Assembly: GCF_022045235.1 (NCBI RefSeq)
Contig: NW_027266289.1
Location: forward strand, 3,224,001-3,288,000
Direction: 5' to 3'
Length of the DNA stretch: 64,000 nt
From: Haliotis cracherodii
Taxonomy: Eukaryota
In this document: positions 47,513 to 61,880 of the stretch, one piece after another
Numbering within the stretch: the stretch's first letter is position 1
Layout: every line of letters begins with the position of its first letter
Notes under the pieces: model-generated
Told to the model about the DNA's origin: nothing
The model's database searches: none
Seen by the model: the letters and a program-made list of their open reading frames with translations, nothing else
Position numbers and translations under genes: made by a program

Positions 47513-48714
47513 TCCCTATCCCTATCTAATGTTGGGTATCTGTATAGTGTTATATCTAATGTTAGGTACCTGTATAGTGTCATATCTAATGTTCGGTGTC
47601 TGTATAGTGTTATATCTAATGTTGGGTGTGTGTATAGTGTCATATATAATGTTCGGTGTCTGTTTAGTGTTATATCTAATGTTGGGTACCTGTATAGTGT
47701 TATATCTAATGTTGGGTACATGTATAGTGTTATATCTAATGTTGGGTACCTGTATAGTGTTATATCTAATGTTGGGTGTCCGTATAGTGTTATATCTAAT
47801 GTTGGGTGTCTGTATAGTGTTATATCTAATGTTGGGTGTCTGTATAGTGTTATATCTAATGTTGGGTGTCCGTATAGTGTTATATCTAATGTTGGGTGTC
47901 TATATAGTGTTATATCTAATGTTGGGTGTCTGTATAGTGTTATATCTAATGTTGGGTGTCTGTATAGTGTTATATCTAATGTTGGGTGTGTGTATAGTGT
48001 TATATCTAATGTTCGGTGTCTGTATAGTGTTATATCTAATGTTCGGTGTCTGTATAGTTTTATATCTAATGTTGGGTGTCTGTATAGTGTTATATCTAAT
48101 GTTGGGTGTCTGTATAGTGTTATATTTAATGTTGGGTGTCTGTATAGTGTTATATCTAATGTTGGGTGTCTGTATAGTGTTATATCTAATGTTGGGTGTC
48201 TGTATAGTGTTATATCTAATGTTGGGTGTCTGTATAGTGTTATATCTAATGTTGGGTGTCTGTATAGTGTTATATCTAATGTTGGGTGTGTGTATAGTGT
48301 TATATCTAATGTTCGGTGTCTGTATAGTGTTATATCTAATGTTGGGTGTGTGTATAGTGTTATATCTAATGTTCGGTGTCTGTATAGTGTTATATCTAAT
48401 GTTGGGTGTCTGTATAGTTTTATATCTAATGTTGGGTGTCTGTATAGTGTTATATCTAATGTTGGGTGTCTGTATAGTGTTATATTTAATGTTGGGTGTC
48501 TGTATAGTGTTATATCTAATGTTGGGTGTCTGTATAGTGTTATATCTAATGTTGGGTGTCTGTATAGTGTTATATCTAATGTTGGGTGTCTGTATAGTGT
48601 TATATCTAATGTTGGGTGTCTGTATAGTGTTATATCTAATGTTGGGTGTCTGTATAGTGTTATATCTAATGTTGGGTGTCTGTATAGTGTTAGATCTAAT
48701 GTTGGGTGTGTGTA

Positions 48715-50196
48715 TATAGATAATACTACACTCATTCTCGTTAGATACCATTTTTACGAAACGTGTGGACTTTCTATGGTATCTGACCGAGCGAAAGCGA
48801 GGTCAGATAGCATAGAAAGTTCACGAGTTTCGTAAAAATGGTATCTAACGAGAATGAGTGTGGTATTTTATTTATTACCAACGTTAAATATATATTTAAG
48901 TGTAAATATATATTTAAGAGTAAATACATAACACTTCGTTCGTTGACAGACAAAACTGAAATCGGTTGCAAAATCTGGTTGCGCATGAATATTGATATAT
49001 AACCAAATATGGGCATTGTTGACATGTTTATGCATACGCATTAACAACATGCGCCTGCTGTTCTGTTTGCAAACAAACCAGCACCGACGCTCAAGATCCT
49101 TTTGGAAGAAAGTCTTCAACTTATGGTAATTCAAGCGCCATGTTGTTAGTACGCAGGACGCCGATAAGAAAATTTGAAATGTCACATTAGCGCCGCTCTT
49201 TGAATATCAGACCAACAGTCGGTCACTCGCACTGCCGGGGTCCCGTCTGTGCAATCAAAATGGTTCGGTTTCCTTGATCTATCAGCTGAATTTATATCAT
49301 GTTCGTACCATTTTGGAAGAGGGAAATCAGAGTGTTCGCCAAAGACATTCATGTTAACTGTACCACCCTATACTGAAGACGTGAAAATCAACAAACTCAA
49401 GTCTGCTTGCATGTCAGTGACAGCTTCGAACGATCGAAGGGCAAGGTCGCCACCGGAATAAGAAAAGACAACAGCGATCCACTCACAGCGTTTTATGCTA
49501 GAATGTTATTATTCACATTTGGGATGTTTGGGGCCACAAAATCAGAAGTCATGCACACTTCCACGGAGTTTTCGAATGATTTGTATCGGAACTGTTAACT
49601 TTAAGTGATCTGGTCGTGCTGTCGTGTACTTTCATTCATGAACAACACCTCCCGAAACAGCGCCACAAAACACGCTTCAAAGGGGACACCGATGGCACAA
49701 CTGGATCATACCAAATAAGTCTCGATATCTGTTCAGATAGTTTAAACAGACTTCGTTTCACCACGCTTATCCTTTAACGTTTAATCAAATTGAAAGTTGC
49801 GAAAGTGGTCGGGTGCGTCACGCACAAGGGGACCCTCACTCTATTGATCGGTAGTCGTACATTGTAAATCGATTTATAGATCTAGCTCGATTATATATAA
49901 TGTCTGTAGAAGCTCTATGCATAACTAACATAGAATGCAAACTGAATTTGATGCGTGTGACTATCTTGTTTAGTTTCATAAAGTGTTTGTAAATATCTCT
50001 CGTTCTCATGAATTTCTTCAGTTCTGCCTTGAATGACGTCTCACGATTTTTTATAAATGAAAAAAGTAGTCCCGGTGTGACAGAGGTCACGGTTATCCAA
50101 TCAAAACGAATAAAACAAGGTCAACCTTGTGCGACACATGTGTGACGTACGGATTAAGTATCTTACCACCTGTATCTTCACCACGTGGGTAATAAA
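48715..50196. mobile_element. Non-autonomous element with a terminal ~160-bp palindrome, inserted in the 30-bp satellite (possibly Crypton-type)
   Basis: Palindrome 48718-48878 centred on cgagcgaaagcgag. Internal inverted repeat tttattaccaacgt / acgtgggtaataaa. The satellite resumes on both sides. Confidence 0.7.
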
Positions 50197-51795
50197 GTGT
50201 TATATCTCATGTTGGTTGTGTGTATAGTGATATATCTAATGTTGGTTGTGTGTATAGTGTTATATCTAATGTTGGTTGTGTGTATAGTGATATATCTAAT
50301 GTTGGTTGTGTGTATAGTGATATATCTAATGTTGGGTGTGTGTATAGTGTTATATCTAATGTTGGGTGTCTATATAGTAATATACCTAATGTTGAGTATT
50401 TGTATAGTGTTATATCTAATGTTGGGTGTGTGTATAGTGTTATATCTAATGTTGGGTGTCTGTATAGTGTTATATCTAATGTTGGGTGTGTGTATTGTGT
50501 TATATCTAATGTTGGGTGTGTGTATAGTGTTATATCTAATGTTGGGTGTGTGCATAGTGTTATATCTAATGTTGGGTGTCTGTATAGTGTTATATCTAAT
50601 GTTGGGTGTGTGTATAGCGTTATATCTAATGTTGGTGTCTGTATTGTGTTATATCTAATGTTAGTGTCTGTATAGTGTTATATCTAATGTTGGGTGTCTG
50701 TATAGTGTTATATCTCATGTTGGGTGTCTGTATAGTGTTATATCTCATGTTGGGTGTCTGTATAGTGTTATATCTCATGTTGGGTGTCTGCATAGTGTTA
50801 TATCTAATGTTGGGTGCCTGTATAGTGTTATATCTAATGTTGGGTGCCTGTATAGTGTTATATCTAATGTTGGGTGTCTATATAGTAATATACCTAATGT
50901 TGGGTATCTGTATAGTGTTATATCTCATGTTGGGAGTCTGTATAGTGTTATATCTAATGTTGGTGTCTGTATTGTGTTATATCTAATGTTGGGTACCTGT
51001 ATAATGTTATATCTAATGTTGGGTGTCTGTATAGTGTTATATCTAATGTTGAGTACCTGTATGGTGTTATATCTAATGTTGGGTATCTGTATAGTGTTAT
51101 ATCTAATGTTGAGTACCTGTATGGTGTTATATCTAATGTTGGGTATCTGTATAGTGTTATATCTAATGTTGAGTACCTGTATAATGTTATATCTAATGTT
51201 CGGTGTCTGTATAGTGTTATATCTAATGTTGAGTACCTGTATAGTGTTATATCTAATGTTGGGTGTCTGTATAGTGTTATAGCTAATGTTGGGTGTCTGT
51301 ATAGTGTTATATCTAATGTTGGGTGTCTGTATAGTGTTATATCTAATGTTGGGTGTCTGTATAGTGTTATATCTAATGTTGGGTGTCTGTATAGTGTTAT
51401 ATCTAATGTTGGGTGTCTGTATAGTGTTATATCTAATGTGGGGTGCCTGTATAGTGTTATATCTAATGTTTGGTTTCTATATAATGTTATATCTAATGTT
51501 GGGTGCCTGTATAGTGTTATATCTAATGTTGAGTGTCTGTATAGTGTTATACCTAATGTTGGGTGTCTGTATAGTGTTATTTCTAATGTTGGGTGTCTGT
51601 ATAGTGTTATACCTAATGTTGGGTGTCTGTATAGTTTTATATCTAATGTTGGGTACCTGTATAGTGTTATACCTCATGTTGGATACCTGTATAATGTTAT
51701 ATCTAATGTTGGGTACCTGTATAGTGTTATATCTAATGTTGATACCTGTATAATGTTATACCTAATGTTGGGTACCTGTATAGCGTTATATCTAA

Positions 51796-52304
51796 AGTAC
51801 TCACGGAAATGAAAAAAAACTGTTTTTTCGACCTCAGATCTTAAATTATTGCAGTTAATATACAAAATATGTAAATATTCAAACAACTTAATTAGTACTA
51901 ATTGGGCCGTGGCGCAAATACAGCGTATCAAATGTTTTTATGCCTTTTTACACGTAAAAGTGTGTAAAAATGTGAATAAAACAGACTATTGTGAAACAGG
52001 GCATAACCAGGTGTAAGTAGATCAAGGTGACCTATGACACCTTGACGACAGGTGAGAACAGGTGCGTAATGCCTATAGTCTGTTTCTGCTATGTCAATTT
52101 GGACTTAGTTTTATTTTTGAATGTTGAAAGTGCCGACAAATTACCTCCTGTAAAGTACATTTTGTATTGTTCACTGAGATCAAACTAGCAAATCCAGACT
52201 AGAAAATTTCGAGTTGTTTTGTTATTACGTATTTACAGCTACGTAACACTTTGTGTCGATTTTTAAAATGAGAAAAACAGGTTTTCTTCATTTCCTTGAG
52301 TACT
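51796..52304. mobile_element. Kolobok-like MITE inserted in the 30-bp satellite
   Basis: TIR agtactca(c/a)ggaaatgaa with AG...CT termini, flanked by ctaa and ttaa. Confidence 0.75.
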
Positions 52305-54919
52305 TTAATGTTGGGTACCTGTATAGTGTTATACCTTATGTTGGGTACCTGTATAGTGTTATACCTTATGTTGGGTACCTGTATAATGTTATATCTAATG
52401 TTGGGTACCTGTATAGTGTTATATCTAATGTTGAGTACCTATATAGTGTCATATCTAATGTTGGGTACCTGTATAGTGTTATACCTAATGTTGAGTACCT
52501 GTATAGTTTTATATCCAATGTTGAGTACCTGTATGGTGTTATATCTAATGTTGGGTGTCTGTATGGTGTTATATCTAATGTTGAGTACCTGTATGGTGTT
52601 ATATCTAATGTTGAGTACCTGTATGGTGTTATATCTAATGTTGGGTGTCTGTATAGTGTTATATCCAATGTTGAGTACCTGTATGGTGTTATATCTAAAG
52701 CTGAGTACCTGTATAGTGTTATATCTAATGTTGGGTACCTGTATGGTGTTATATCTAATGTTGAGTACCTGTATGGTGTTATATCCAATGTTGGGTGTCT
52801 GTATAGTGTTATATCTAATGTTGGGTACATGTATAGTGTTATATCTAATGTTGGGTACCTGTATAGTGTTATATCTAATGTTGAGTACCTGTATAGTGTT
52901 ATACCTAATGTTGGGGTGTTTATATAGTGTTATACCTAATGTTGAGTACCTGTATGGTGTTATACCTAATGTTGGGTGTCTATATAGTGTTATACCTAAT
53001 GTTGAGTACCTGTATAGTGTTATACCTAATGTTGGGTGTCTATATAGTGTTATACCTAATGTTGGTACCTGTATAGTGTTATACCTAATGTTGGTACCTG
53101 TATAGTGTTATATCTAATGTTGGGTACCTGTATAGTGTTATATCTAATGTTGGTACCTGTATAGTGTTATACCTAATGTTGAGTACCTGTATAGTGTTAT
53201 ACCTAATGTTGGGTGTCTATATAGTGTTATACCTAATGTTGGTACCTGTATAGTGTTATACCTAATGTTGAGTACCTGTATAGTGCTATACCTAATGTTG
53301 GGTGTCTATATAGTGTTATACCTAATGTTGAGTACCTGTATAGTGTTATATCTAATGTTGGGTGTCTGTATAGTGTTATATCCAATGTTGAGTACCTGTA
53401 TGGTGTTATATCTAAAGCTGAGTACCTGTATAGTGTTATATCTAATGTTGGGTACCTGTATGGTGTTATATCTAATGTTGAGTACCTGTATGGTGTTATA
53501 TCCAATGTTGGGTGTCTGTATAGTGTTATATCTAATGTTGGGTACATGTATAGTGTTATATCTAATGTTGGGTACCTGTATAGTGTTATATCTAATGTTG
53601 AGTACCTGTATAGTGTTATACCTAATGTTGGGGTGTTTATATAGTGTTATACCTAATGTTGAGTACCTGTATGGTGTTATACCTAATGTTGGGTGTCTAT
53701 ATAGTGTTATACCTAATGTTGAGTACCTGTATAGTGTTATACCTAATGTTGGGTGTCTATATAGTGTTATACCTAATGTTGGTACCTGTATAGTGTTATA
53801 CCTAATGTTGGTACCTGTATAGTGTTATATCTAATGTTGGGTACCTGTATAGTGTTATATCTAATGTTGGTACCTGTATAGTGTTATACCTAATGTTGAG
53901 TACCTGTATAGTGTTATACCTAATGTTGGGTGTCTATATAGTGTTATACCTAATGTTGGTACCTGTATAGTGTTATACCTAATGTTGAGTACCTGTATAG
54001 TGCTATACCTAATGTTGGGTGTCTATATAGTGTTATACCTAATGTTGAGTACCTGTATAGTGTTATATCTAATGTTGGGTGTCTAGTGTTATACCTAATG
54101 TTGACTACCTGTATAGTGTTATACCTAATGTTGGGTGTCTATATAGTGTTATACCTAATGTTGAGTACCTGTATAGTGTTATACCTAATGTTGGTACCTG
54201 TAAAATGTTATATCTAATGTTGGTGCCTGTATAGTGTTATACCTAATGTTGAGTACCTGTATTGTGTCGGGTACAGATGGCCTCCATCTTGTCACATCAA
54301 ACATGGTGTATCCTCCCAGTACTGTCCCAGTCTCCTCCCTGTACTGCCCTGTGTTCCCTCTCCGAGCTGCCAGCTAGGTGTCTGTCTAGAACTCCTTGCT
54401 ACATCCTCCATACCACCCAGTGCCTGACTGGTATCACACCTGGACACAACTGCTATCCTTAGTCATTCCAACCCTGGCATTCCTCTCAGAATATACGACC
54501 TTCACCTTCACCCCTGACCTGACAGTAAGCCAATGAAGAACGGCTGGAGTTTACTCTGCTGCTGTAATAGCCTGGCTGCTGTGGCATTGTGAGTGAGCCA
54601 CCAGCTCATTACCTCGCTATAGCGCTGCCACGCGCCAACAATAGATGCCCTGTTATAGCACAGGCTTAATGAGCAGGGAGATGGGATATATTCAATATGG
54701 CCACATCAGCAGCTGAGTATTGTTTCTGGTGTCTGGAAGCAGGAAGACATTGGCTACAGTGGCAGGGCTGGCTGGGCCAAGGCAGCACATCTCCACTATT
54801 AATGAGTCTCTGTTGTGTGGGATGCTGCTGCTGCTGCTGGCTCCATCTGTCAGCCATACATCCCTGCTACAGTGACAATTGATTCCTGCAAGGAGGGTTA
54901 GAGGAGAGGGGGAGGGGGG

Positions 54920-55648
54920 GCAAATGGGGTGGGGGCTTCTAATATAGGACAAATAAGGGGGGTGGGGGCTACCAATATAGGACAACCTGGTGGGGGGTGA
55001 GGGGTCCAATATAGGACAAATAAGGGGGGTGGGGGCTACCAATATAGGACAACTTGGAGGGGGGTGGGGTCCAATATAGGACAAATAGGAAGATGTGGCA
55101 GTTACTAATATGGGACAAATAGGAGGCGGGGAGGCTACCAATAAAGAGCAAATGGGGGACGGGAGAGCTACCAGTAAAGGATACATTGTGGATGGGGGGG
55201 TGGGGGGGTGGGCCTACCAATATAGGACAACCTGGAGGGGGGTGGGGGGTCAAATATAGGACAAGTAAGGGGGTGGGGGGCTACCAATATAGGACAACCT
55301 GGAGGGGGAGGGGGTCCAATATAGCACAAATAGGGGGGGGGGGGGGGGGGGGGGGGGGCTACCAATATAGGACATCTTGGAGGGGGTGGGGGGTCCAATA
55401 TAGGACAAATAAGGGGGTGGGGGCTAACAATATAGGACAACTAGGAGGGGAGTGGGGGGCTAACAATATAGGACAACTTGGAGGGGGGTCCAATATAGGA
55501 CAAATAAGGGGGGTGGGGGCTACTAATTTAGGACACCCAGGTGGGGGGTGGGGGGTCCAATATGGGACATATAAGCGAGGGTGGGGGAACTACCTATATA
55601 GGGCAAATAAGTGTGTGGTGTGGTGGGAGGCTACCAATATAGGACAAA

Positions 55649-55679
<31 letters not shown>

Positions 55680-55715
55680 TACCTATATAGGACAAATAAG
55701 ATGGGGGGGGGGGGG
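54920..55715. repeat. G-tract-rich repeat
   Basis: ccaatataggacaa cores separated by runs of G. Confidence 0.9.
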
Positions 55716-55718
55716 TAT

Positions 55719-56388
55719 GCTGAAGACCAATTCTAACCCAAATCTTCAAGCAAGGGTTACTGAAGACCAATTTTAACCTGGATCTTCAAGCAAGCGTCGC
55801 TGAAGACCAATTCTAGCCCAGATCTTCAAGCAAGCGTCGCTGAAGACCAATTCTAACCCAGATCTTCAAGCAAGGGTTGCTGAAGGCCAATTCTAACCCA
55901 GATCTTCAAGCAAGGGTCGCTGAAGACCAATTCTAACCCAGATCTTCAAGCAAGCGTCGCTGAAGATCAATTCTAACCCAGATCTTCAAGCAAGCGTCGC
56001 TGAAGATCAATTCTAACCCAGATCTTCAAGCAAGGGTCGCTGAAGACCAATTCTAACCCAGATCTTTAAACAAGGGTTGCTGAAGACCAATTCTAACCCA
56101 GATCTTCAGGAAGGGTTGCTGAAGACCAATTCTAACCCAGATCTTTAAACAAGGGTTGCTGAAGACCAATTGTAACCCAGATCTTCAAGCAAGGGTCGCT
56201 GAAGACCAATTCTAACCCAGATCTTCAAGCAAGGGTTGCTGGAGACCAATTCTAACCCAGATCTTCAAGCAAGGGTCGCTGAAGACCAATTCTAACCCAG
56301 ATCTTCAAGAAAGGGTCGCTGAAGACCAATTCTAACCCAGATCTTTAAACAAGGGTTGCTGAAGACCAATTCTAACCTGAATCTTCAG
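55719..56388. repeat. 40-bp minisatellite derived from SINE family B
   Basis: Unit gctgaagaccaattctaacccagatcttcaagcaagggt(t/c). Confidence 0.93.
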
Positions 56389-56643
56389 GTCACCGAGTTC
56401 AAATAAAGATTTTTTCCCTCATTCGATATCACATCCCATATTCATCAATCACAAGCACCAAGCCTTTAGAAAGAGTGACAGCTGGGAGAAAAATTGCCTG
56501 AATATTTTTTCAATGTATCTCAATCTACTGATACAATCAATGATGGCAAAATTAGATCGGACTTGATCCTTGGCGATTGGGGAGTGAATTCATTCATCAG
56601 AATCAGGGGACAAGTCAGTTGTGGCACACAAGACACTCACAGT

Positions 56644-57149
56644 CAGAGCTCCAGATAAGCTGTTGGTGTTGTGGGTATTTTACCCATGTATTTTAAAATC
56701 ATTGGGTATCAGTAATTCTATCTGGGTATTCCAATTTCTGTTACCCACTAGTTTTTACACATATGGGTATTTAAGTTAAATATTTAAAAACACTATTCAT
56801 CTAGTCCCTGCAAACTGGTGTTGTGTGGGTTTGAGAGCTTCATAGGACTCAAACATACCACGATACTTCAACAAGAAAGGGTGATGGCAAATGATCATGA
56901 TGTAACTGTCATCGTGGAGTTCGGCAAAGTTGACGGAATGTCCGTTTAAAATTTCAAAATAAGTTGCTGATTTGCTAATCAAATACGGAAGGTTACTTCA
57001 CAATATTTTGATGATACGCACAAGTTTTATTTTTGTAGCCTATCTGTAATGTTCGTTGTGTATTTGATACGCTTGGATTATATTTTACTGCGTATTTCTG
57101 CATTTCTGATGCGTATTTCACGCAGATACGCAGCTTATCTGTAGCTCTG
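56644..57149. mobile_element. MITE with 19-bp TIRs
   Basis: Termini cagagctccagataagctg...cagcttatctgtagctctg, direct repeat cacagt on both sides. Confidence 0.8.
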
Positions 57150-57253
57150 CACAGTGGTAGAACTGGCTGTTGCAGCACACACGAGTCAGTAACTATCTGA
57201 GACAGCCTAGAGACAGGTTACAGTTTTATGGGATACAACACTGTTTATTATAT

Positions 57254-57599
57254 AAACCCATTTGACGTAATAAGCGCCCCGCTCTAATAAGCGCCCATGG
57301 CGATATTTGCTAAGATATTGGCTAGTGAACACTCCCGATTAGCACCCCTTCCAATTGATCAATGTACACAAGACTTATTTATTCGTGTATAATACACACT
57401 CATGTGTTATATGCACCCTTAATTATGGGGAATTTAATTCTGGATAAATATATCTGTCGTACATAAACATTTCAGGCTGTCAGCATAAACCACAAAATTT
57501 ATCTTTCAACTGTTTTTTTTTCACCAAAATAATATTCTAATAAGAGCCCCCTATTCCTAATTATGAAAGCGTCCTGGGCGTTTATTACGTCGAATACGG
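57254..57599. mobile_element. Mariner/pogo-like MITE, degenerate
   Basis: Inverted ends ttgacgtaataagcgccc and gggcgtttattacgtcgaatacgg, followed by TA. Confidence 0.6.
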
Positions 57600-58378
57600 T
57601 ACTTCAGTGTCAAAGAAGTTGAGAAAAGTGATATTATCATTGCAGTGAACTTAACACTCGATATTTCCCTGCGGTCAATGTAACACTTGATATTTCACTG
57701 CAGTGAACGTGACACTTGATATTTCCCTGCAGTGAACGTAACACTTCAACGGAAATATTATCATACAAGAGTTACCCTCCTTGAAATTGTCTCATGTGTG
57801 TCTAGCCCTTATAAAAACTGCTGACTTCCTTTTACGCTAGTTCCACATTGACAAGGCAAAATAATGACAGGTGGTCATTTATGGAGTTAATAATGCTTCT
57901 TGCCATTGGTGATTATGTTGGAAATGTTTCGTTAAACTGTAAATTCTAATTTAACTCGTCAATCAAGACTGTTTGTTTCGCAAAGCGCCATTTTTGTTAC
58001 TTAACCAGCATGTATTCTTTCGCTTCCCAAACGGTCTCGTAGATTTCAAGAATATTTTCTTTAAGTTGATTTTGTATATAATTTCATATCTCAATAAACA
58101 ATGATAAATGATAAAGAATTTTCGTGACCTTAAATATTCTTGATAACTTTTTTTTCAAAGTTGGAACTAATTTTTTTAAGTGGCAAACACAAGGGGTGGT
58201 GAACCGTCCCTGTGTGTTAGATAGGAAGAATTTACCTTTCAAGGTTATAAATTTGTAATGAAATAATTCAATTTCCTGGTAGATTACTACACTAAAAGTA
58301 TATAATAAATAAACATAAATATATATAATAAACTTCTGTCACTTTGTGACAGAGAAAAAGGAGATATTTTAAGTGAAA
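57600..58378 (+). mobile_element. Interspersed non-coding repeat, copy 2 (internal ~29-bp tandem units, ~310-bp insert)
   Basis: Homologous to 2963-3680. Confidence 0.8.
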
Positions 58379-58454
58379 ATAACTGCCCCCCCAATCTTCC
58401 CGAGGTAAGGTAGATATCTGACTGCAAAAGTCCAGCGTCCAACCTTATAAAACC

Positions 58455-61393
58455 ACGTGACTCGGTACATTATAAAGGGATATAACATTATGTTACCTGG
58501 TACACTATAAAGGGATATAATACCATGTTACCTGGTACATTATGAAGGGATATAGCATTACGTTACCTGGTACACTATAAAGGGATATAATACCATGTGA
58601 CCTGGTACACTATAAAGGGATATAATACCATGTGACCCGGTACATTATAAAGGGATATAACATTATGTTACCTGGTACACTATAAAGGGATATAATACCA
58701 TGTGACCTGGTACACTATAAAGGGATATAACACCATTGTGACCTGGTACATTATGAAGGGATATAACACCATTGTGACCTGGTACATTATAGAGGGATAT
58801 AACACCATGTGACCCGGTACATTATAAAGGGATATCACACTATGTGACCTGGTACATTATAAAGGGATATAATACCATGTGACCTGGTACATTATCAAGG
58901 GATATAACACTGTGACCTGGTACTTTATGAAGGGATATAATACCATGTTACCTGGTACATTTTAAAGGGATATAACACCATATGACCCGGTACATTATAA
59001 AGGGATATAACCCCATGTGACCTGGTACATTATGAAGGGATATAACACCATTTTGACCTGGTACATTATAAAGGGATATAACACCATGTGACCTGGTACA
59101 TTATAAAGGGATATAATGCCATGTGACCTGGTACATTATCAAGGGATATAACACTGTGACCTGGTACATTATGAAGGGATATAATACCATGTGACCTGGT
59201 ACATTATAAAGGGATATCACACTATGTGACCTCGTACACTAGAAAGGGATATAATACCATGTGTCCTGGTAGATTATGAAGGGATATAATACCATGTGAC
59301 CTGGTACATTATAAAGGGATATAACATTATGTTACCTGGTACACTAGAAAGGGATATAACATTATGTTACCTGGTACACTAGAAAGGGATATAACATTAT
59401 GTTACCTGGTACACTAGAAAGGGATATAACACCATGTGACCTGGTACACTATGAAGGGATATAACACCATGTTACCTGGTACATTATGAAGGGATATAAC
59501 ACCATGTTACCTGGTACACTAGAAAGGGATATAACACCATGTGACCTGGTACATTATAAAGGGATATAATACCATGTGACCTGTTACATTATAAAGGGAT
59601 ATAACACTGTGACCTGGTACACTAAAGGGATATAACACTATCTTTTGTTTGTGTTTTGTTTAACGCCGCAGTCAGCAATATTCAAGCTTTATGACAGCAG
59701 TCTGTAAATAATCCGAGTCTGGATCGAACAATCCGGTGTTTGACATCATGAAAAGCGATCCAAGCAATTGGGATACGATGACATGCATCAACCAAGTCGG
59801 CAAGCCTGACCACACGATCCTGTTAGTCGCCTCTTATGACAAGCACAGTTGCCATTTACGGCAAGCATGGGTTGTTGAAGACCTATTCTACCCCGGATCT
59901 TCATGGGTCTATAACACTATGTGACCAGGTTCTCTAAAGGGAAATAACACTATGAGGTCTGGTACTATACATAGGGATATAACACCATGTGACCTGGTAC
60001 ATTATAAAGGGATATAACACTATGTGACCTGGTACATTATAAAGGGATATAACACTAAGTGACCTGGTACATCACAACGTGACATAACACCATGTGACCT
60101 GGTACATTATAAAGGGATATCACACCATGTGACCTGTTACATTATAAAGGGATATCACACTATGTGACCTGGTACATAATAAAGGAATATAACACTATGT
60201 GACCTGGTACACTAACGGGATATAACACTATTGTGACCTGGTACACTAAAGGGATATAACACTATTGTGACCTGGTACACTAAAGGGATATAACACTATT
60301 GTGACCTGGTACACTAAAGGGATATAACACTATTGTGACCTTGTACATTATAAAGGGAAATAAATTTATTTTACCTGGTACATTATAAAGGGATATAACA
60401 CTATGTGACCTGGTACATTATAAAGGGATATAACACTATGTGACCTGGTACATTATAAAGGGATATAACACTATGTCACCTGGTACATTATAAAGGGATA
60501 TAACACTATGTGACCTGGTACATTATAAAGGGATATAACACTATGTGACCTGGTACATTATAAAGGGATATAACACTATGTGACCTGGTACATTATAAAG
60601 GGATATAACACTATGTCACCTGGTACATTATAAAGGGATATAACACTATGTGACCTTGTACATTATAAAGGGATATAACACTATGTGACCTGGTACATTA
60701 TAAAGGGATATAACACTATGTCACCTGGTACATTATAAAGGGATATAACACTATGTGACCTGGTACATTATAAAGGGATATAACACTATGTGACCTGGTA
60801 CATTATAAAGGGATATAACACAATGTCACCTGGTACATTATAAAGGGATATAACACTATGTCACCTGGTACATCACAACATGACATAACACCATGTGACC
60901 TGGTACATTATAAAGGGATATCACACTATGTGACCCGGTACACTAAAGGGATATAACACTATTGTGACCTGGTACACTAAAGGGATACAACACTATTGTG
61001 ACCTGGTACACTAAAAGGACATAACACTATTGTGACCTGGTACACTAAAGGGATATAACACTATTGTGACCTGGTACATTATAAAGGGAAATAAATTTAT
61101 TTTACCTGGTACATTATAAAGGGATATAACACTATGTGACCTGGTACATTATAAAGGGATATAACACTATGTGACCTGGTACATTATAAAGGGATATAAC
61201 ACTATGTCACCTGGTACATTATAAAGGGATATAACACTATGTGACCTGGTACATTATAAAGGGATATAACACTATGTGACCTGGTACATTATAAAGGGAT
61301 ATAACACTATGTGACCTGGTACATTATAAAGGGATATAACACTATGTCACCTGGTACATTATAAAGGGATATAACACTATGTCACCTGGTACA
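58455..61393. repeat. ~32-bp satellite
   Basis: Unit tgtgacctggtacattataaagggatataacac(ta). Confidence 0.95.
59642..59909 (-). mobile_element. SINE family B, inserted in the 32-bp minisatellite
   Basis: TSD tataacactat. Confidence 0.85.
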
Positions 61394-61798
61394 CTGTACA
61401 CTAATGTGGCAAGCGAAAGTCAAACACCATAAACAAGTAGCATAAACAAGAAGCATAAACAAGTAGCATAAACAAGAAGCATAAACAAGTAGCATAAAGT
61501 TGATATGAATAAATATAGATGTGTGCAGTAATTATGTTAAATATGAGTAGAGATTATACATATTGCCACTGACAAGGACAAGTGTTCCTGGGAGATTGAC
61601 ATAGGTGTGATAAGCAGGGTACAGTAAGAGTAGACCGCACCCACCCCACCCCACCCCATCCACCCCCCTCACTCACACACTGACATAAGGAGGGAGGGGA
61701 GAGGTGCAGGTGCCCCCGTCAGACAAGATGTTTCGGCATACAGCCCGCACTCAGGGAGCAGGTCCGGCACAGAGGCTGGAGAGAGATGAACTACCCAC

Positions 61799-61880
61799 CA
61801 TTGCGATAACGTTCCTCTTCCCCATCACACTCCACGTCCTCGTCCAGGGAGCTGTCCGAGGAGGAATCGGAATCGGACAT
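61799..61880 (-). CDS. Candidate upstream (first or alternative) APC coding exon MSDSDSSSDSSLDEDVECDGEEERYRN
   Basis: ATG at 61880 and donor AATG|gtgggt in phase 1, matching exon 46637. Lies in an island of unique sequence with nearby CCAAT motifs. No homology support. Confidence 0.5.

Larger units (their letters stand above)
47522..54261. repeat. 30-bp satellite (~4.7 kb of units) interrupted by two TE insertions
   Basis: Unit tatatctaatgttgggtgtctgtatagtgt. Confidence 0.97.

Noticed and set aside
46737-53822. Long ORFs such as 46750-48735 (661 aa) and the LYLMLGVCIV-type ORFs
   Set aside because: They are translations of stop-free minisatellite frames, open on both strands and inside an APC intron.
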